Assembly: GCA_951406725.2 (NCBI GenBank)
Contig: OX597827.1
Location: forward strand, 72,664,001-72,728,000
DNA from: Octopus vulgaris
Taxonomy: Eukaryota
Direction: 5' to 3'
DNA length: 64,000 nt
Shown here: one piece after another, positions 27,673 through 42,147 of the stretch
Layout: each line of letters starts with the position of its first letter
Position numbering within the stretch: the first letter of the stretch is position 1
Translations under genes and position numbers: made by a program
Notes under the pieces: generated by a model
What the model was told of the DNA's origin: nothing
What the model saw: the letters and a program-made list of their open reading frames with translations, nothing else
Databases searched by the model: none

Positions 27673-28515
27673 AGACAATACATGATTAATTCTAGACAAT
27701 ATTAATTAATAAGCATTACTTTGTGAATGCTAAAGGGTCGAATGCTAGAGGGTGAAAGCTCTGATTGTGGACACTGAAGACTGGGAGCAAATGATGGAAA
27801 AATTGATCAATTTTGAAAGGAAGCAATCTGCGATGGCTATAAAGCATTTGAAGCAGAGAGAACTGAAACCCTCCGTCTTGAAAGGAGGATTTCGTTAACA
27901 GATTGACTTCAACTCCAAACATTTTTCAACCTGAATATGTTTGTAACATCTGCAGAGTAGGGTCACTTTGCCCAAAGCTGGACTTGCTAGTTATATGAGA
28001 TCTCATAACATCTTTTACTAACTGAAGAGATTGTCTTCTTCTGTAAGGAAGTGGCAAACTTATTGTCTATTCACATAATAAATATAATGAAATTATGGGA
28101 TTTCCCTGCCATCACTTCCAGCTTCTGTGGCAATTTACTTTCATTATCTTAGGAAACTACACTGCATGTTGGTCTCTTTATTTAGTGTGTCATGTCTGCT
28201 GGTGCCAACTTAACTGTTGGCGTTTCATGCAGCAAGCGTACCTGGGCATTGATGGCTGTGAGCAGTGTTTCATAGTCTCAGTTAATTGTTGAAGAGTTTG
28301 AAAAGTTGAGCATCAGTTAAGTATGAGTGAAATGATTTGCTCCGATCAAAAGTAGCAGGGGAGACAACTCTGATATTCTAAATTAATTCATTAGAATTAA
28401 TTAATTAATTATAGAACACAACAGAAAGTACTAGAAATATTGTGAGATTATAAGAGGGGGAGTGAGAGGTAGTAAAGTGGGAGGGGTCAGAAAGATAACA
28501 AAAACATCTACTTAC

Positions 28516-28554
28516 CTCCCCATCAGATTGCTCATATTCAAAAGTATCATAGTT
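28516..28554 (-). CDS. Micro-exon (NYDTFEYEQSDGE)
   Basis: ttcattttcag acceptor, GAG|GTAAGT donor, 39 nt, phase 0. Confidence 0.8.
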
Positions 28555-28619
28555 CTGAAAATGAACGGTAAAAGCATGTGATAGTAACAATAGCAATGGT
28601 ATTAACAGTAACAACAGCA

Positions 28620-28963
28620 ATATCTGAGACCCCCTTCGGTCATGACACTGACCATAGGATTGCACCTAGAAAGTTTACCTCTGAGGTACAAGTCTGGGCA
28701 AGGTTGTTTATGGAAGACCAGCAGTTGCCCATGCATACTGGCTTCCCCTCTCCACACCACCAGTGTTATCCAAGGGAAAGGCAAGGGCCGATACAGCTTG
28801 GCACCTGTGACATCGCAACTCATTTCTACAGCTGAGTGAACTGGAGCAACATGAAATAAAGTGTCTTGCTCAAGAACACAACACTCAGCCTGGTCTGGGA
28901 TTCGAACTCACAACCTCACGATCGTAAGCTCGATGCTCTAACCACTGAGCCATGCGCTTTCAC
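28620..28963 (-). mobile_element. tRNA-derived SINE
   Basis: Head TGGCTCAGTGGTTAGAGCATC...GAGTTCGAATCCC. Confidence 0.85.
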
Positions 28964-29019
28964 AACAGCAATAATAACTACAAAAATAACAACAATAATG
29001 GTAATAACTACACCAAATA

Positions 29020-29438
29020 GGGTGGCGAGCTGGCAGAATCGTTAGCAGACCAGGCGAAATGCTTAATGGTATTTTGTCTCCTGCTACGTTCTGAGTTCAA
29101 ATTCCTCCGAGGTCGACTTTGCCTTTCATCTTTTTGGGGTCAATTAAATAAGTACCAGTTACACACTGGGGTTGATATAATCGACTTAATCTGTTTGTCT
29201 GTCCTTGTTTGTCCTCTCTGTGTTTGGCCCCTTGTGGGTAGTAAAGAAATAGGTATTTCGTCTGCCGCTACGTTCTGAGTTCAAATTCCACCGAGGTTGA
29301 CTTTGCCTTTCATCCTTTCGGGGTCGATTAAATAAGTACCAGTTACGCACTGGGGTCGATATAATCGACTTAATCTGTTTGTCTGTCCTTGTTTGTCCTC
29401 TCTGTGTTTGGCCTCTTGTGGGTAGTAAAGAAATAGGT
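29020..29438 (+). mobile_element. SINE with internal ~181-bp tandem duplication
   Basis: ctacgttctgagttcaaattcc occurs twice; same family as 42183-42412 and 19280-19512. Confidence 0.8.
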
Positions 29439-30343
29439 AACAACTACACCAGCAGAAATAATGAAACAAAAATAACAACAACAACAACAGCAACAACAAC
29501 TTGTACTATGTTTTTGCTAATTGTTTTAATTACTTATGTCCAGCACTGGATTAACCATTGAGCAGAATAAGCACGTACTTAGGGCATCAAGGGAAGGAGG
29601 GAGACACCAGAGAAATGGTAAATGGTTTATGGTACAAAAGAAATCACTTTAAACTTGCTGAAATAATATTCAAAATAGTTTATATGATTGGAAATATAAT
29701 TTCAAAATGTTCAAGGTGTCATAATGAGGATCTGATCAACGATTTTGCAATTAAAAATAGTAAGAGAAAACTTTGCTAAAATAAAGTGGAAAAATGCCAA
29801 AATAATCATTGTTTTCCATCTTACTGTTTCTATCTATTTACTCTAATTTTTTTTAATCTTAAATATTTAACATAATAAATATATTGAAAGAAACTAATCC
29901 TAATATTTTAAATTTCAAATTTAGTTAATGGAGTTTCTTCTATAAGAAAAATCATTATTTTATTTATTTTTTAATAAATATTGTTTACATCTATTTGCTT
30001 ATTTATTTAACTATTATTGTTAACCTGAAGATTGACTATAATTTTAAATTGAATTCATTTTGATTAAATTTAATTGTAATTCAAATTTAATTATAACCAT
30101 TATCTTGCAATTGTAAGTGCAATAGCCTAACTACAAGGCCACTTGCCACATATGTGTGTGTGTGTGTGTGTGTACCTGCAACTTAGTGTTTTGACAAAAG
30201 ATACCAATAGGATGAGTGTCAGACTTAAAAAATAAGTATTAGAGTCAATTTGTGCGACTAAACCCTTCAAGTCAGTGCTACAGCATGACCGCAGCCCAAT
30301 GACTGAAACAAATAAAAGAAAAAAAAATAAAAGATATATTTAC

Positions 30344-30393
30344 TTCTTGGTCGTTAAGCATCTTTTCAACCTTGTTCTTCGGGGAAATAGAGT
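30344..30393 (-). CDS. Micro-exon ((D)SISPKNKVEKMLNDQE)
   Basis: gtctattattccag acceptor, GTAAAT donor, 50 nt, phase 1 to 0. Confidence 0.6.
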
Positions 30394-31829
30394 CTGGAAT
30401 AATAGACGAAAGAAAGAATGAGAACTAGAAGCAGGAATGACGGCTTATGTTGGTAATATAAGATTAGAATGAAAAATCAGACAAAATTTAGTAGATGTCT
30501 TGATCTCTTCTTATTAATTGTTTAGTGTTTAACCCTTCCATTACTGTATTTATTTGAGATGCTCTGTGTTTCTTTCAATTAATTTTAGATATAATATAAC
30601 AAAGGATTTAGTAAAATAACTTAGTTATCATTCAGCTAGTGTTAGGAACATAAATTGTGACTAAGGTTTGGTGGAAGATTTTCATTCAAAACTTATGTAA
30701 ACAAGACATTTGTACTACAGAGTCAGTTTCAGCCTGGCTGGTATCAAAAGGGTTAAGAATTGTTTCTCTATCATATATTTTAACCTTTCCATTACTATAT
30801 TTCTGTTGAGATGCTCTGTGTTTCTCTTAATTATTTTAGATATAACAAAGAATTTAGGGAAAAAAAAATAAAGTTATCATTCAGTTAGTGTTAGGAACAT
30901 AACTTGTGACTAAAGTTTGGTGGAAAATTTTAGGTCAAAACTTATGAAAACAAGACATTTGTACTAAAGAGCCAGAGCCGGTTTCAGCTAGGTTAGTAAT
31001 GAAAGGAACAAGTAGTTCCTAAACTGGGCGGTATTGCCCCCCTGGAAGTGGTGGAAAGTTCTAAAGGGGCATTGAAGAAAACTGGGGTGATAATGGGGTA
31101 TTGATTCATGTAAAAATTGGGGTGATAATGGGGTGGTGATTCATGTAAAAACATCAAAATGAGTTCGTTAGGTTAAGTTTTGTTTGTGAAATACAGTTGC
31201 TTTGAATTTGCTTCAGAAAGAGGTCTTTGTTCATGATGGTTAGTTGAGGTTGGGGTGCTAGGAATGTGGCCTGGATGTCAAGCGGATGGCAGCCTGAAAA
31301 AGTTTGGGAACCACTGCTTTAAACCAGCAGGAAATTGTAGTTGTGATACCAGTGCTGGTGGCAGGTAAAAAGCACCCACTACACTCACGGAGTGGTTGGT
31401 ATTAGGAAGGGCATCCAGCGGTAGAAACACTGCCAGATCAGACTGGAGCCTGGTGCAGCCTCCTGACTTCCCAGACCCCGGTTGAACCGTCCAACGCATG
31501 CTAGCATGGAAAAGAGATGGCCGAAATAATCTGTTTTATGTAAAAACTGTCCAGATCTAGGATCTCACACCTACCAATAAGTGTCATTCTAAAAATAAGC
31601 AATCGCATCATTGAAATCTTGAAGCTACGAAATAATGCATGATTAATTCAAAACAATGTGAATAAATAAGCAGAAGATTTTATAGAGTAATCTGAATGCT
31701 AAAAGACTGAAATTATTTGCAAGAAGAAATGAAAGAAAATACCAAAAATAGAAGTAGCAGATCAAAGAAATTATGTGGACACTTGCTCAATGGTTTGTTT
31801 TGCTATTGTCCTCACCAGACCCACCTTAC

Positions 31830-31848
31830 CTGAACACCAACTTTTGCT
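31830..31848 (-). CDS. Possible 19-nt micro-exon (SKSWCS)
   Basis: caatccag acceptor, CAG|GTAAGG donor; phase 0 to 1, compatible with the next exon. Confidence 0.4.
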
Positions 31849-32043
31849 CTGGATTGGTTAGGTGCAGAGAATGGCAGGTGTGTAACTGTGGATTTAAGAA
31901 GCTAGCTTCCCATCCATGTGGTGATGAGTTCAGTTCCACCGCACAATACCTTGGGCAAGTGTCTTCTACATAATTTCAGGCGGACAAAAGCCTTGTAAGT
32001 GGAATTGGTGGATGGAAACTGAAAGAACCCCTCCATTGTATGC

Positions 32044-32087
<44 letters not shown>

Positions 32088-33032
32088 TCTTTTATTCTTT
32101 TACTTGTTTCGGTCATTTGACTGTGGCCATGCTGGAGCACCACCTTCAGTCAAACAAACAACCCCACAACTTATTCTTTATAAGCCTAGTACTTATTCTA
32201 TTGGTCTCTATTGCCGAACCGCTAAGCTACGGGGATATGGTTGTCAAGCAATGGTGAGGGGATAAAAAGACTCACACACACACACACGTATATATATACA
32301 ATGGGCTTCTTTCAGTTTCCATCTATCAAATCCATTCACAAGGCTTTGGTCGACCCAAGGCTATAGTAGTCGCCCAAGGTGCCACACAGTGGGATTGAAC
32401 CTGGAACCATGTGGCTGGACTGAACCCGGAACCACACAGCCACTCCTGCACCTATACATATATCAGTCATTAAACTGTGGCCATGCTGGGGCACCACCTC
32501 ATATTCAGTCAAATTAATTGACCCTCACCCCAGGACTTAATTTTTAAGCCTGGTACTTATTCCATCAGTCTCTTTTAGTGAACTGTTAAGTTACAAGGAT
32601 GTAAACACACCAACAGGGGTTGTCAAGTGGTGATGGGTGTGGGTGGGGGGACAAATATGGATACACACACATAAATAAATATACATATACATATATGATG
32701 GGCCTCTTTCAGTTTCTGTCTACCAAATCCACTCACAAGGCTTTGGTTGGCCTGAAGCTATAGTAGAAGACACTTGTCCCAGGTGCCACGCAGTGAGACT
32801 GAACCCAGAACCATGTGGTTGGGAAGTAAATTTCTTACTACACAACCACTCCTGTGACTACATATATATATACATAATAATAATAATAATAATTTCAAAT
32901 TAATAATAACAGGGTAAAATTAATTAATTAAGTTAATTAATCAATCAATTAATTAATAATTTTACCAAGTAACTCGGTACACTAAAACAACCTTTATAGG
33001 TAAAATTATACAAATATTCTATGACAATAAAC

Positions 33033-33649
33033 ATAATTATAATGTGGGGTCAGCTAATTGCTTCACTACATACCGAATTTAGAAATAGGGGTTTAATAAT
33101 TCCTTTTCTACTGCTATAAGTATCTCCATGACGATAAACATACTTTTTTACGTAGGCAAAGAGAAAAACAATGAATCAACACGACCAGGATTAACTATAT
33201 ACGCGTTTTGCTATTAAAGTGATTTAAATTTACTTACTTCTCTCTTCAGTGTAGCATTTCCAATTATAAAATTTGAAAGTGCTAGGGTTAAATATGAACA
33301 CGATTGAGTGACATTGTGCAACAGATATCCAACCAACACTTTTTGAAGTGTCACTTGGTTATCTGTTGCACGATGTCACTTGATCGTGTGCATATTTAAC
33401 CTTAGTACTTTCAAATTTTATAATTGGAAATGCTACACTGATGATGAGAAGTAAGTAATTAAACATTTCAATGTCGAAACATGTCCATGGCTAATAGGAG
33501 TCGTGTTGGTTCATTGTTTTTCTCTTTGCCCCTACGTAAAAATAAAAGTATGTTACTGTCGTGGAGATACTTATAGCAGTAGAAAAGGGACTTTTAACTC
33601 CTATTTCTAAATTTGGTATGTGGTGAAGCAATTAGCTGACCCCTAATTA

Positions 33650-33655
<6 letters not shown>
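33033..33655. repeat. ~620-bp diverged palindrome with a degenerate hammerhead in each arm
   Basis: Arms mirror about ~33345; CTGATGA...GAAACATGTC on + strand and CTGAAGA...AAAACGCGTA on - strand. Confidence 0.8.
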
Positions 33656-33689
<34 letters not shown>

Positions 33690-33690
<1 letters not shown>

Positions 33691-33812
33691 TTTATTTGAA
33701 GCAGCAGAAAATTCAACAAAACCTGTTACTCTGAGTTTCACGTTCCCGACGAACGGGAACGTGAAACTCAGAGTAACAGGTTTTGTTGAATTTTCTGCTG
33801 CTTTAAATAAAG
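33690..33812. repeat. Near-perfect 123-bp palindrome whose centre interrupts a hammerhead
   Basis: CCGACGA-ACG GGAA CGT-GAAA-CTCAGAG-TA at 33746-33775; deleted derivative at 35095-35175. Confidence 0.85.
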
Positions 33813-33883
33813 CATATTACTCTACCACTGGTATTTGAGTACTCTTTTTTCCACCTTGTTTCACATTTATGTGTTTACTCCGG

Positions 33884-33919
<36 letters not shown>

Positions 33920-34307
33920 CGTGTGTGTGTAAGTGTGTGTGTGTGTGTGTATTTGTGTGTGTTTGCTTTTGTGTCTTTGTTTGTGCCCATCATCGCTTGA
34001 CAACAGGTGTTGGTGTGTTTACATCCCTTAACTTAGCAGTTCAGCAAAAGACACCTATAGAATGAGTATCAGGCTTAAAAAAAAAAAGTTCTGGGGTTGA
34101 TTCATTCAACTAAAAACTTTTTATGGCAGTGCCCTAGCATGGCCACAGTTTAATGATTGAAATAAATTAAGCAAAAAAAAAAAAAATCACTTGTGAATGG
34201 TGGTGATGGTGGTGGTGGGGGGGTGAGTTTCTGTGAACAACAGTGACTGTGATGCAGAAGATTCAGAGATGCTGGTCAAGAAACAATGTAAGATGCCCAC
34301 ATGCCTA

Positions 34308-34534
34308 TACATAAGGGGTGGTGCTGAAGAGTTGGTGGCTTTGGGTAAAAGAAAAGGAGGATCAGTTACTTATGATTTTATTCAGCATATTCCCCTCTCA
34401 GATTCACACACTTATTGCAACAGCCCTCCACCCACACCAGTTTTCCTAAGCCCTGTAAAAAAACTCTGAACGTTTGGGCCCCCAGCCAAGCCATTTGCAA
34501 TACCCTTACAGCCAGGAATTTTTCAGCACCCCTC

Positions 34535-34536
<2 letters not shown>
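34308..34536. mobile_element. Mariner-like MITE remnant
   Basis: Degenerate TIRs aggggtggtgctgaagagtt...aatttttcagcacccctcata. Confidence 0.55.
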
Positions 34537-34572
<36 letters not shown>

Positions 34573-34612
34573 ATGCATGAGTGTGTGTGTGTGTGTGTGT
34601 GCGCGCGCATGA

Positions 34613-34645
<33 letters not shown>

Positions 34646-34649
34646 CATG

Positions 34650-34680
<31 letters not shown>

Positions 34681-35021
34681 ATGAGTGTGTGTGTGCGCAC
34701 ATGAGTGCGTGTGTGCGCACATGAGTGTGTGTGTATATATTAATAATAGAAGGGTAAAATTTATCAATTAAATTAATTAATTAATTAATTAATTAATTAA
34801 TTAATTAATTGATCAATTAATTAACAATTTTATCACATAGATCAGTACATTAAAATAACCTTTACAGGTAAAATTATCCACATAATTATAATTATAAAAT
34901 ATATATGGCGGTGCCCCAGCATGGCCACAGCTCATGAGCTGAAACTAGAATCATTCAATCAATATAATTATACGGAGCTTTTGACTGGTAGCACTTGCAT
35001 GTACAAGTTGTTTGCAAGACA

Positions 35022-35098
<77 letters not shown>

Positions 35099-35317
35099 TA
35101 AAGCAGCAGAAAATTCAACAAAACCTGTTACTCTTTTTTCCACCTTGTTTCACATTTATGTGTTTACTCCGGTGTATATATATATATATGTAATGGATAA
35201 TAAAATGAATGGTTTACACCTGATACCTTACTGGTAAAGCACAGTTACTTTCACAGTGATCGTTATGTATATATGGTAAATGAAGGACAGAAGATGGAAT
35301 ATACGAGAATTTATTAT

Positions 35318-35430
35318 TAATCATGACAATTGTTTTGACACATCTTGCATCGATCCCTCATGGGTGGGGGGCACTCAACAACTGGTTAAGGAGCATTTGG
35401 CAGTGCAGACGTATCTCGTCGGGTGATAAA
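35318..35430 (-). ncRNA. Decayed type I hammerhead with CCGACGA core and long stem II
   Basis: ATCAC-CCGACGA-GATACGTC...GATGTGTC-AAAA-CAATTG-TC-ATGAT (G12 mutated to A). Confidence 0.6.
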
Positions 35431-35691
35431 TAAATACAACTCGTTAAAATAACAGTTCCGCTATGTAATTTCCCGTTTTGCAGAGAGAAAAAGCAGCCAG
35501 ATGGAGGAAATATCTTCATTTATAGAGATGATCAAAAATAAAATCACAGATGGCAAAAAGAGAAATGAACACAAAATCCAGCGAGAAAAGTATTAAAAAT
35601 AACCGTTAACAAATATAAATGTATAAACACTTTTGCTCATACAAGTATCTGCCATGCAGCTTGTATGCATATTTATTTGTATTTCTCTATC

Positions 35692-35731
<40 letters not shown>

Positions 35732-35964
35732 TTAAATACAAACACACACATACATATATGCATAAGTGTATATATATATAATATATATATAAATGTGTGT
35801 GAGGTGGAGTAGTTGTGTGTGTGTGTGTGTGTGTATCATTGGCTGAGAGGAGTACATAGAATATGTCTAAATTGAAACAGTATATGGGCATCAAATTTTA
35901 GAGTAGAGGAAGAAGAGTTTGAGAAAGGATACAACAGAATGATGATGCATTAGTTGCTGATAAA

Positions 35965-36260
35965 GAAGGCATGTGGCCTAGTGGTTAGGGCATTTGGTTC
36001 ATGATTGTAAGGTCATGAGTTCAATTCCCGGTGACGCGTTGTGTCCTTGAGCAAGACACTTTATTTTTCATGTTGCTCCAGTCCACTCAGCTGGCAAAAA
36101 TGAGTTGTACCTGTATTTTAGAGGGCCAGCCTTGTCATGCTGAATCTCCCTTAGAACTATGTTAAAGTTAAACATGTCTGTGGAATGCTCAGCCACTTGC
36201 ATGTTAATTCCATGAGCAAGCTGTTCTGTTGATCGTATCAGCTGGGACCCTCGTCATAGT
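35965..36260 (+). mobile_element. tRNA-derived SINE sharing its 3' tail with 143-330
   Basis: TGGCCTAGTGG...GAGTTCAATTCC head; tail similarity. Confidence 0.8.
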
Positions 36261-37215
36261 AACTGACAGAGTGCTCCTAGTTGCTGATACATGAAAGCAT
36301 AAAGGTAACAAACAGCTTTTACTTGAATGCAATTGTTTTCAGGGTCAAGGGAGGATCTTAACCAAATGAAAGGGTTAAAGGAGGCCACAGGCAGAAAATG
36401 GTTGACAACCACTGATTTGTACCCTAAACACCAGTTCAATAAAAAACAAAATTATTTTATCTTATTTTTTTGCTGTTTTCAAAATTAAGCATATTTCAAT
36501 AAAAATATGGTAATAAAAGGCTTAAAGCAGGAGACAGATGAAGTCCACTACATGAAACCAGAATCAGTACTCCTGAAATGCTACCAAACAGCTTTAGTTT
36601 AATAATATTCACTCACAAGGCTTTAGTTAGTCTGTGGCCTTGGTAGAAGATCCTTAAAGAACCTTAAACCACGCAGTTGTTAAGAGAACTTCTTAACAAC
36701 ACAACCATGGTAGCTTGGATTTAATCTTCAATATCTGTATATCGTTACCATCATCATTGTTTAATGTTTGTTTTCCAGATGGGCATGAGTCGGATGGTTC
36801 TACAGGGACTCACGAGCAAGAGGCATGCTCCAAGCTCCAATGTCGGCTTCAACAGGATTTCTACAGCCGGATGGCCTTCATAACGTCATCCACTTCACCG
36901 AGGGAAGTTGGTGCTTGGTCATGATGCTAATACTTGTAACTCAAGTAACTTACAAAACAAGATCCCAAAATTACTGCCCCACACTCACCTAAGTGGGGAT
37001 GTAGTACTGAGGGTGGTTAAAAAGTATGACAGAGAGACAAGAGCAGGTATCTTGCTGATGGTGAGATACATGGCTATCCCAGATGGAAAGAGGGAGAGAG
37101 ATGGTGTTGCAGGTACAAAAAGCTTAGCAATGATTCACGAGGGGGGAATCACATGATAGCTTGTACTGAGATTTTATTAGTTGTTTTAAATATGACCTAA
37201 AGGATGTGACATCTG

Positions 37216-37254
37216 AGAAGAGAGAGAGCGAGAGAGAGGGAGAGAGAGAATAAG

Positions 37255-37300
<46 letters not shown>

Positions 37301-37594
37301 ATGGGGAGAGAGATAGAGAGAGAGAGAATGGGGAGAGAGCTAGAGAGAAAGAGAGAGAGAGAATAGGGAGAGAGAAAGAGAAACAGAGAGAATGGGGAGA
37401 GAGATAGAGAGAGAGAATAGGGAGAGAGAGAGAGAGAAAATGGGGAGAGAGAGAATGAAGAGAGGGAAGAGGAGAGGGGAGAGAGGAGAGGGGAGAGAGA
37501 AGGAGGTGAGAGAGAAAGAGAGGGGAGGAAGAGAGAGAGAGAAAGAGGAGGGAGAAAAAGAGGAGAGGGGGAGGAAGGGAGAAAGAGAGAGAGA
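37216..37594. repeat. GA-rich microsatellite / low complexity
   Basis: Seen directly. Confidence 0.95.
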
Positions 37595-38114
37595 TGTCCC
37601 AGTGTTTGCAGCTGGATGAACGGGCGCAGTGTGAAATGAAATATTTTGACCAAGGACACAACACCACCACCTGATCCAGGAATTGAACTCATAACTCAGT
37701 GATGAGACCAACACTCCAACCAGTGGATCCTATGCCTCCATGCAGATCTGCAGCCTTCAATTTGCAAGTTGTGTCTAGTTGTCCGGTGAAGGCAAAGCCG
37801 TTTGCATCGCTTTATAATTGGGACGATTTTAATTATGGCTGCGGACAACGAAGCAAAGCCTTTGTGATGCTGCTTTTGCTGTTGGCAGCAGCAGCAGTAC
37901 CATGTGGAATATGAGTGGTCAGCACGAAGTATTAACAGGGATTTTAGAGTGACGAGTTCAAGTGTTTAGACTCTGCATGTGTGTTTACTCTATATTTAAT
38001 TTGGTAATGTTTGTGTCTCGGATTTCAGATGTTCTCTTTATGGAGTGTTTGAAGGCCTGGCAGGATGTGTTGATTGTGGCTTCTAATTAGGATATGAGCA
38101 GAGTGTGGTATGGC

Positions 38115-38180
<66 letters not shown>

Positions 38181-39924
38181 GACAGACAGAGAAAGTGTGT
38201 ATGTGTTTAGAAATGACAGTGATTGTTGGCTGTTTTTCATTTCTCTCCAAGTCAGTTCTCCTTTGGCAATCCTAAGATTAAAGGCATTCCAGTTATGACC
38301 ATCTCAACATTTTTTATTTTTAGATACAGGGTAATCTAGGGCAACATTCTTCAGTTAGAGCACAATTAGAGGAAGATATTTGGTGGCTGCTTCTAGCATG
38401 TTGAGTGACCATATACAGGCTCCCTTGGCTTATAACAGTCATTGTCGTTTTTGATTTTGGTGGGATTTGAACTCAAAATGTAAAAGGTTGCAATAATACA
38501 AGATATTTTTTCTGAAGCACTAATGATTTTTCTAATTATCATCATCAACATTCAATACCTGTTTTCAATGCTGGGCATGGGTTGGACGGGTTGACAGGAA
38601 CTGGCAAAGACAGGGGTTGCACCACGTTCCATAGCCTATTTTGGGATGGTTTCTACAGCTGGATACCCTTCTTAATTAATGCCAACCATTTTACAAAGTG
38701 TACTGGGGGCTTACATGGCACCGTCACCAGTGCTTATATGTAACACTATTACCAATACTTTTTATGTGGCACCAGCAATAGTGCTTTTTATGTGGCCTTA
38801 ATAATAATAATATTAATAATAATAATAACAATAATAACTTCTAACATTGGCACAAGGCCAGCAGTTTTAACCCTTTAGCATTCAGATTACTCTGTTGAAT
38901 GTAATGCAAATTTATTCACAATATTTTGAATTAGTCATACATTATCTCATACCTTCGAAATTTCAAGGGTTGGTGTGAGAAGCCAGGTCTAGGTAAATTG
39001 ACAGCCAGTTTAAATGCTTAAAGGATCAAGGGATTAGAGTCAGCTGACACTATCAACCCCAGTACTTGACTCATACTTTATTTTATCAACTCCAAAGAGA
39101 TAAAAGGTGAGGTTGACTTCTGCAGGATTAGAACTCTCAATATAAAGAGACAGAAGAAATTTTGCAATATTTTCTGATGCTCTACAGATTCTGCCAGCTC
39201 GTCCTCTTCTTAAAAGCTGATGGTGTGTCATGACAATTTTAGTGCCTTATTCAGTATGTTAAGTTCCATAATCAATGAGTTACATTGGATGTGCGCCCTA
39301 CTTTTCTAAGACAGTGGAGTGTGAATAAAGAGAGATTTGGTTGCTATTTCCTAAGAGGTCAAGCAACTGTGTAGGACTCTTCTCTTGTAAGGGTCATGTT
39401 TGTTGGGGATAAAACACATATATATATGTGTGCCAGCTCTGTCTGGCACCTGTGCGGGTGGCACGTAAAAAGCACCCACTACACACACGGAGTGGTTGGC
39501 GTTAGGAAGGGCATCCAGCCGTAGAAACACTGCCAGATCTGACTGGGCCTGATGAAGCCTTCCGGCTTCACAGACCCCAGTTGAACCGTCCAACTCATGC
39601 TAGCATGGAAAACGGACGCTAAATGATGATGATGATGATGATGTTTCTTTATCTTGGTGGGGGGTAAATGAATGCATGTAGAAGGATCTCGAGTGCCCAC
39701 AGTTTCAGGGTGAGGTGATCTTGGGAGAGTTCTAGTCATTATCAGTTTGTGGAACTGCCTTTATATACAGGGTGTGTAAGATATTTGAGGAGAGATTTTT
39801 GTTTATAAAAAAGCAGATATATAATAACGGATAATAATATTATTTATCAAAAAATGCTTTGAGGATAAAAATAAACCTTCTTTTCTATAATGTTATTCAA
39901 TAAAGCCACCTATATATATATATA

Positions 39925-40400
39925 TAAAGTTAATCCAAACAAGAAAATAAAAAAGACAACAACGTGAGGAGGTGGAACAATTAAAGTATTATTAGGCGCT
40001 CAGGAAAAAAGGGAAGAAGGAGGGTATGACATTTCGAGCGGAGCTCTTCGTCAGAAACATAGGAGAAAGAAAGATCCCGAGGTGGGAGGACAGAGGGAAA
40101 AAAAATGCAAGTGGTCTTCACAAGGTCAACATATATATATATATATATAAAGTTAATCCAAACATGAAAACACAAGAGAAAACACAACAACGCAAGGATG
40201 TGGAACAAATATAGAATTATTGGATGCTCAGGAAGGAAGGGAAGAAGGAGGGTTTTATGTTTCGAGTGGAGCTCTTCATCAGAAACATAGGAAAAGGAAA
40301 GATCCAGAGAAGGGAAGAAGGAGGAAAAAAAAAAAATTGCCAATGGTACACACGCGGTCACAGAAGAAAACAACAATGCGAGGACATGGTCCATGCAAAG
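39925..40400 (-). mobile_element. Two tandem copies of the minimal-hammerhead repeat (HHRs 40024-40058 and 40252-40286)
   Basis: GTTT-CTGACGA-AGAGCTCCGCTC-GAAA-TG-TC and GTTT-CTGATGA-AGAGCTCCACTC-GAAA-CA-TA; each copy abuts (TA)n. Confidence 0.7.
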
Positions 40401-40641
40401 TTGCAAAATGTTAAAGGATGCTCAAGGAAGGAAAGAACGATTGCTTAATGTTTTGAGAAACAGGAGACAAAGGAAAGTCCAAGAGAAAAGGGAAATGGAG
40501 GAAAACAATTGCCAACAATCCACATGTAGTTACAATTTGAAATGACCAGAAGGGAATGGACAAAGAAAAAGTTCTTTCTAAGACAGGCGAGTATAAGAGA
40601 AGGAGAAATCTGTGTGTATGTATGGGTATGTGCAAGTGTAT

Positions 40642-40679
<38 letters not shown>

Positions 40680-40773
40680 TATTAACTGTTTATATGTGTT
40701 TATGTGAGTGATCTTTGTGTTTGTTAATGTTGTAGGAAATATTCAGCAGCGCTATGATAGCAGAAGTGATGGT

Positions 40774-40821
<48 letters not shown>

Positions 40822-40823
<2 letters not shown>

Positions 40824-41250
40824 GACCTTACTCTAATAGCTGAGTCACTGCCAGAATTAGAGAGGAAGTTTAGGGTGTGGAAGCAAGGTCTAGAATTGAA
40901 GGGCCTTAGGGTTAACCTAGCAAAAACCAAAGTCTTAGTAAGTAGGAGGGCTGTCAAATCACAAACCACTTCAGGGAGATGGCCCTGCTCAATCTATGGA
41001 AAAGGCATGGGTAGAAACTCCATACGATATACCCGGTGTAAGCTATGAACACATAAGTGGTGCAGCAATATCAAATGAAGAATAACTGGGAAGACAGTTT
41101 TTGTGTGTGGCAAATGCACAGGGACAATAAACACTGAAGATGTACAGAAAACAGATTCCATCACATATCAGGGGGAAAAAACTTAGTAGTTGATAGCTTC
41201 TGTTACCTAGGTGACCAAGTCAGTAACAGGGGTGGATGCTCTGAGAACAT
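40822..41250 (+). mobile_element. Degenerate RTE-like RT fragment
   Basis: Homologous to the 10126-10862 ORF (..VDSF.YLGDQVS..GGC); contains stops. Confidence 0.75.
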
Positions 41251-41932
41251 CATAAGCCAAATATACTAACCACTAAGCTATGTGCCTTCACAATATACAT
41301 TCTTTTCTACTCTAGGCACAAGGCCCGAAATTTTTGGGGAGGGGGCCAGTCAATTAGATCGAACCCAGTATGCAACGGGTACTTAATTTATCAACCCCGA
41401 AACGATGAAAGGCAAAGTCGACCTCAGTGGAATTTGAACTCAGACAGACAAAATATCGCTAAGCATTACACCCAGTGTGCTAACGTTTCTGCCAGTGCAA
41501 CGCCTTCTTCACAATATATATTACTTAATGCATGACAAGAGAACAGAAGCCACATAATGACCTTCGTTATCTGAGCTAATGAAGGTGGTAACGTGACTCA
41601 TCTCCTCTTCCATTCATAAATTTTTATTAAACTGTGTTCTTGCCAAATGTCTGTCATGTTAATTAGAAAACAATTACTAGTTTCAAATAACTTTTAAATC
41701 AACTTAATTTAAATTAATTATGTGTCACAATTATATACTTATACATTTAATGTTGCTTATCTTAATTTAACGAAACAGATTTGGAACACAATTAATGTGC
41801 AAAGTTTATACTTTTATCCTTTTATTGAAAATAATTGCACGCATGTACACACACAGATATTTGCTTACACACACACATACAGATACATACACATAGATGT
41901 GTATATATATGTGAATATATACATACATACCA

Positions 41933-42005
<73 letters not shown>

Positions 42006-42112
42006 AAGTTAATCCAAACAAGAAAACACAGAAAAAAAGAGAAAAAAACACAGCAACGCAGGACGTGGAACAATTAAAGTATTATTGACGCTCAGGAAAG
42101 AAAGGAAGGAGG

Positions 42113-42147
42113 GTTTAACGTTTCGAGCGGAGCTCTTCGTCGGAAAC
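42113..42147 (-). ncRNA. Minimal type I hammerhead with CCGACGA core
   Basis: GTTT-CCGACGA-A-GAGC TCC GCTC-GAAA-CG-TT|AAAC. Confidence 0.7.
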
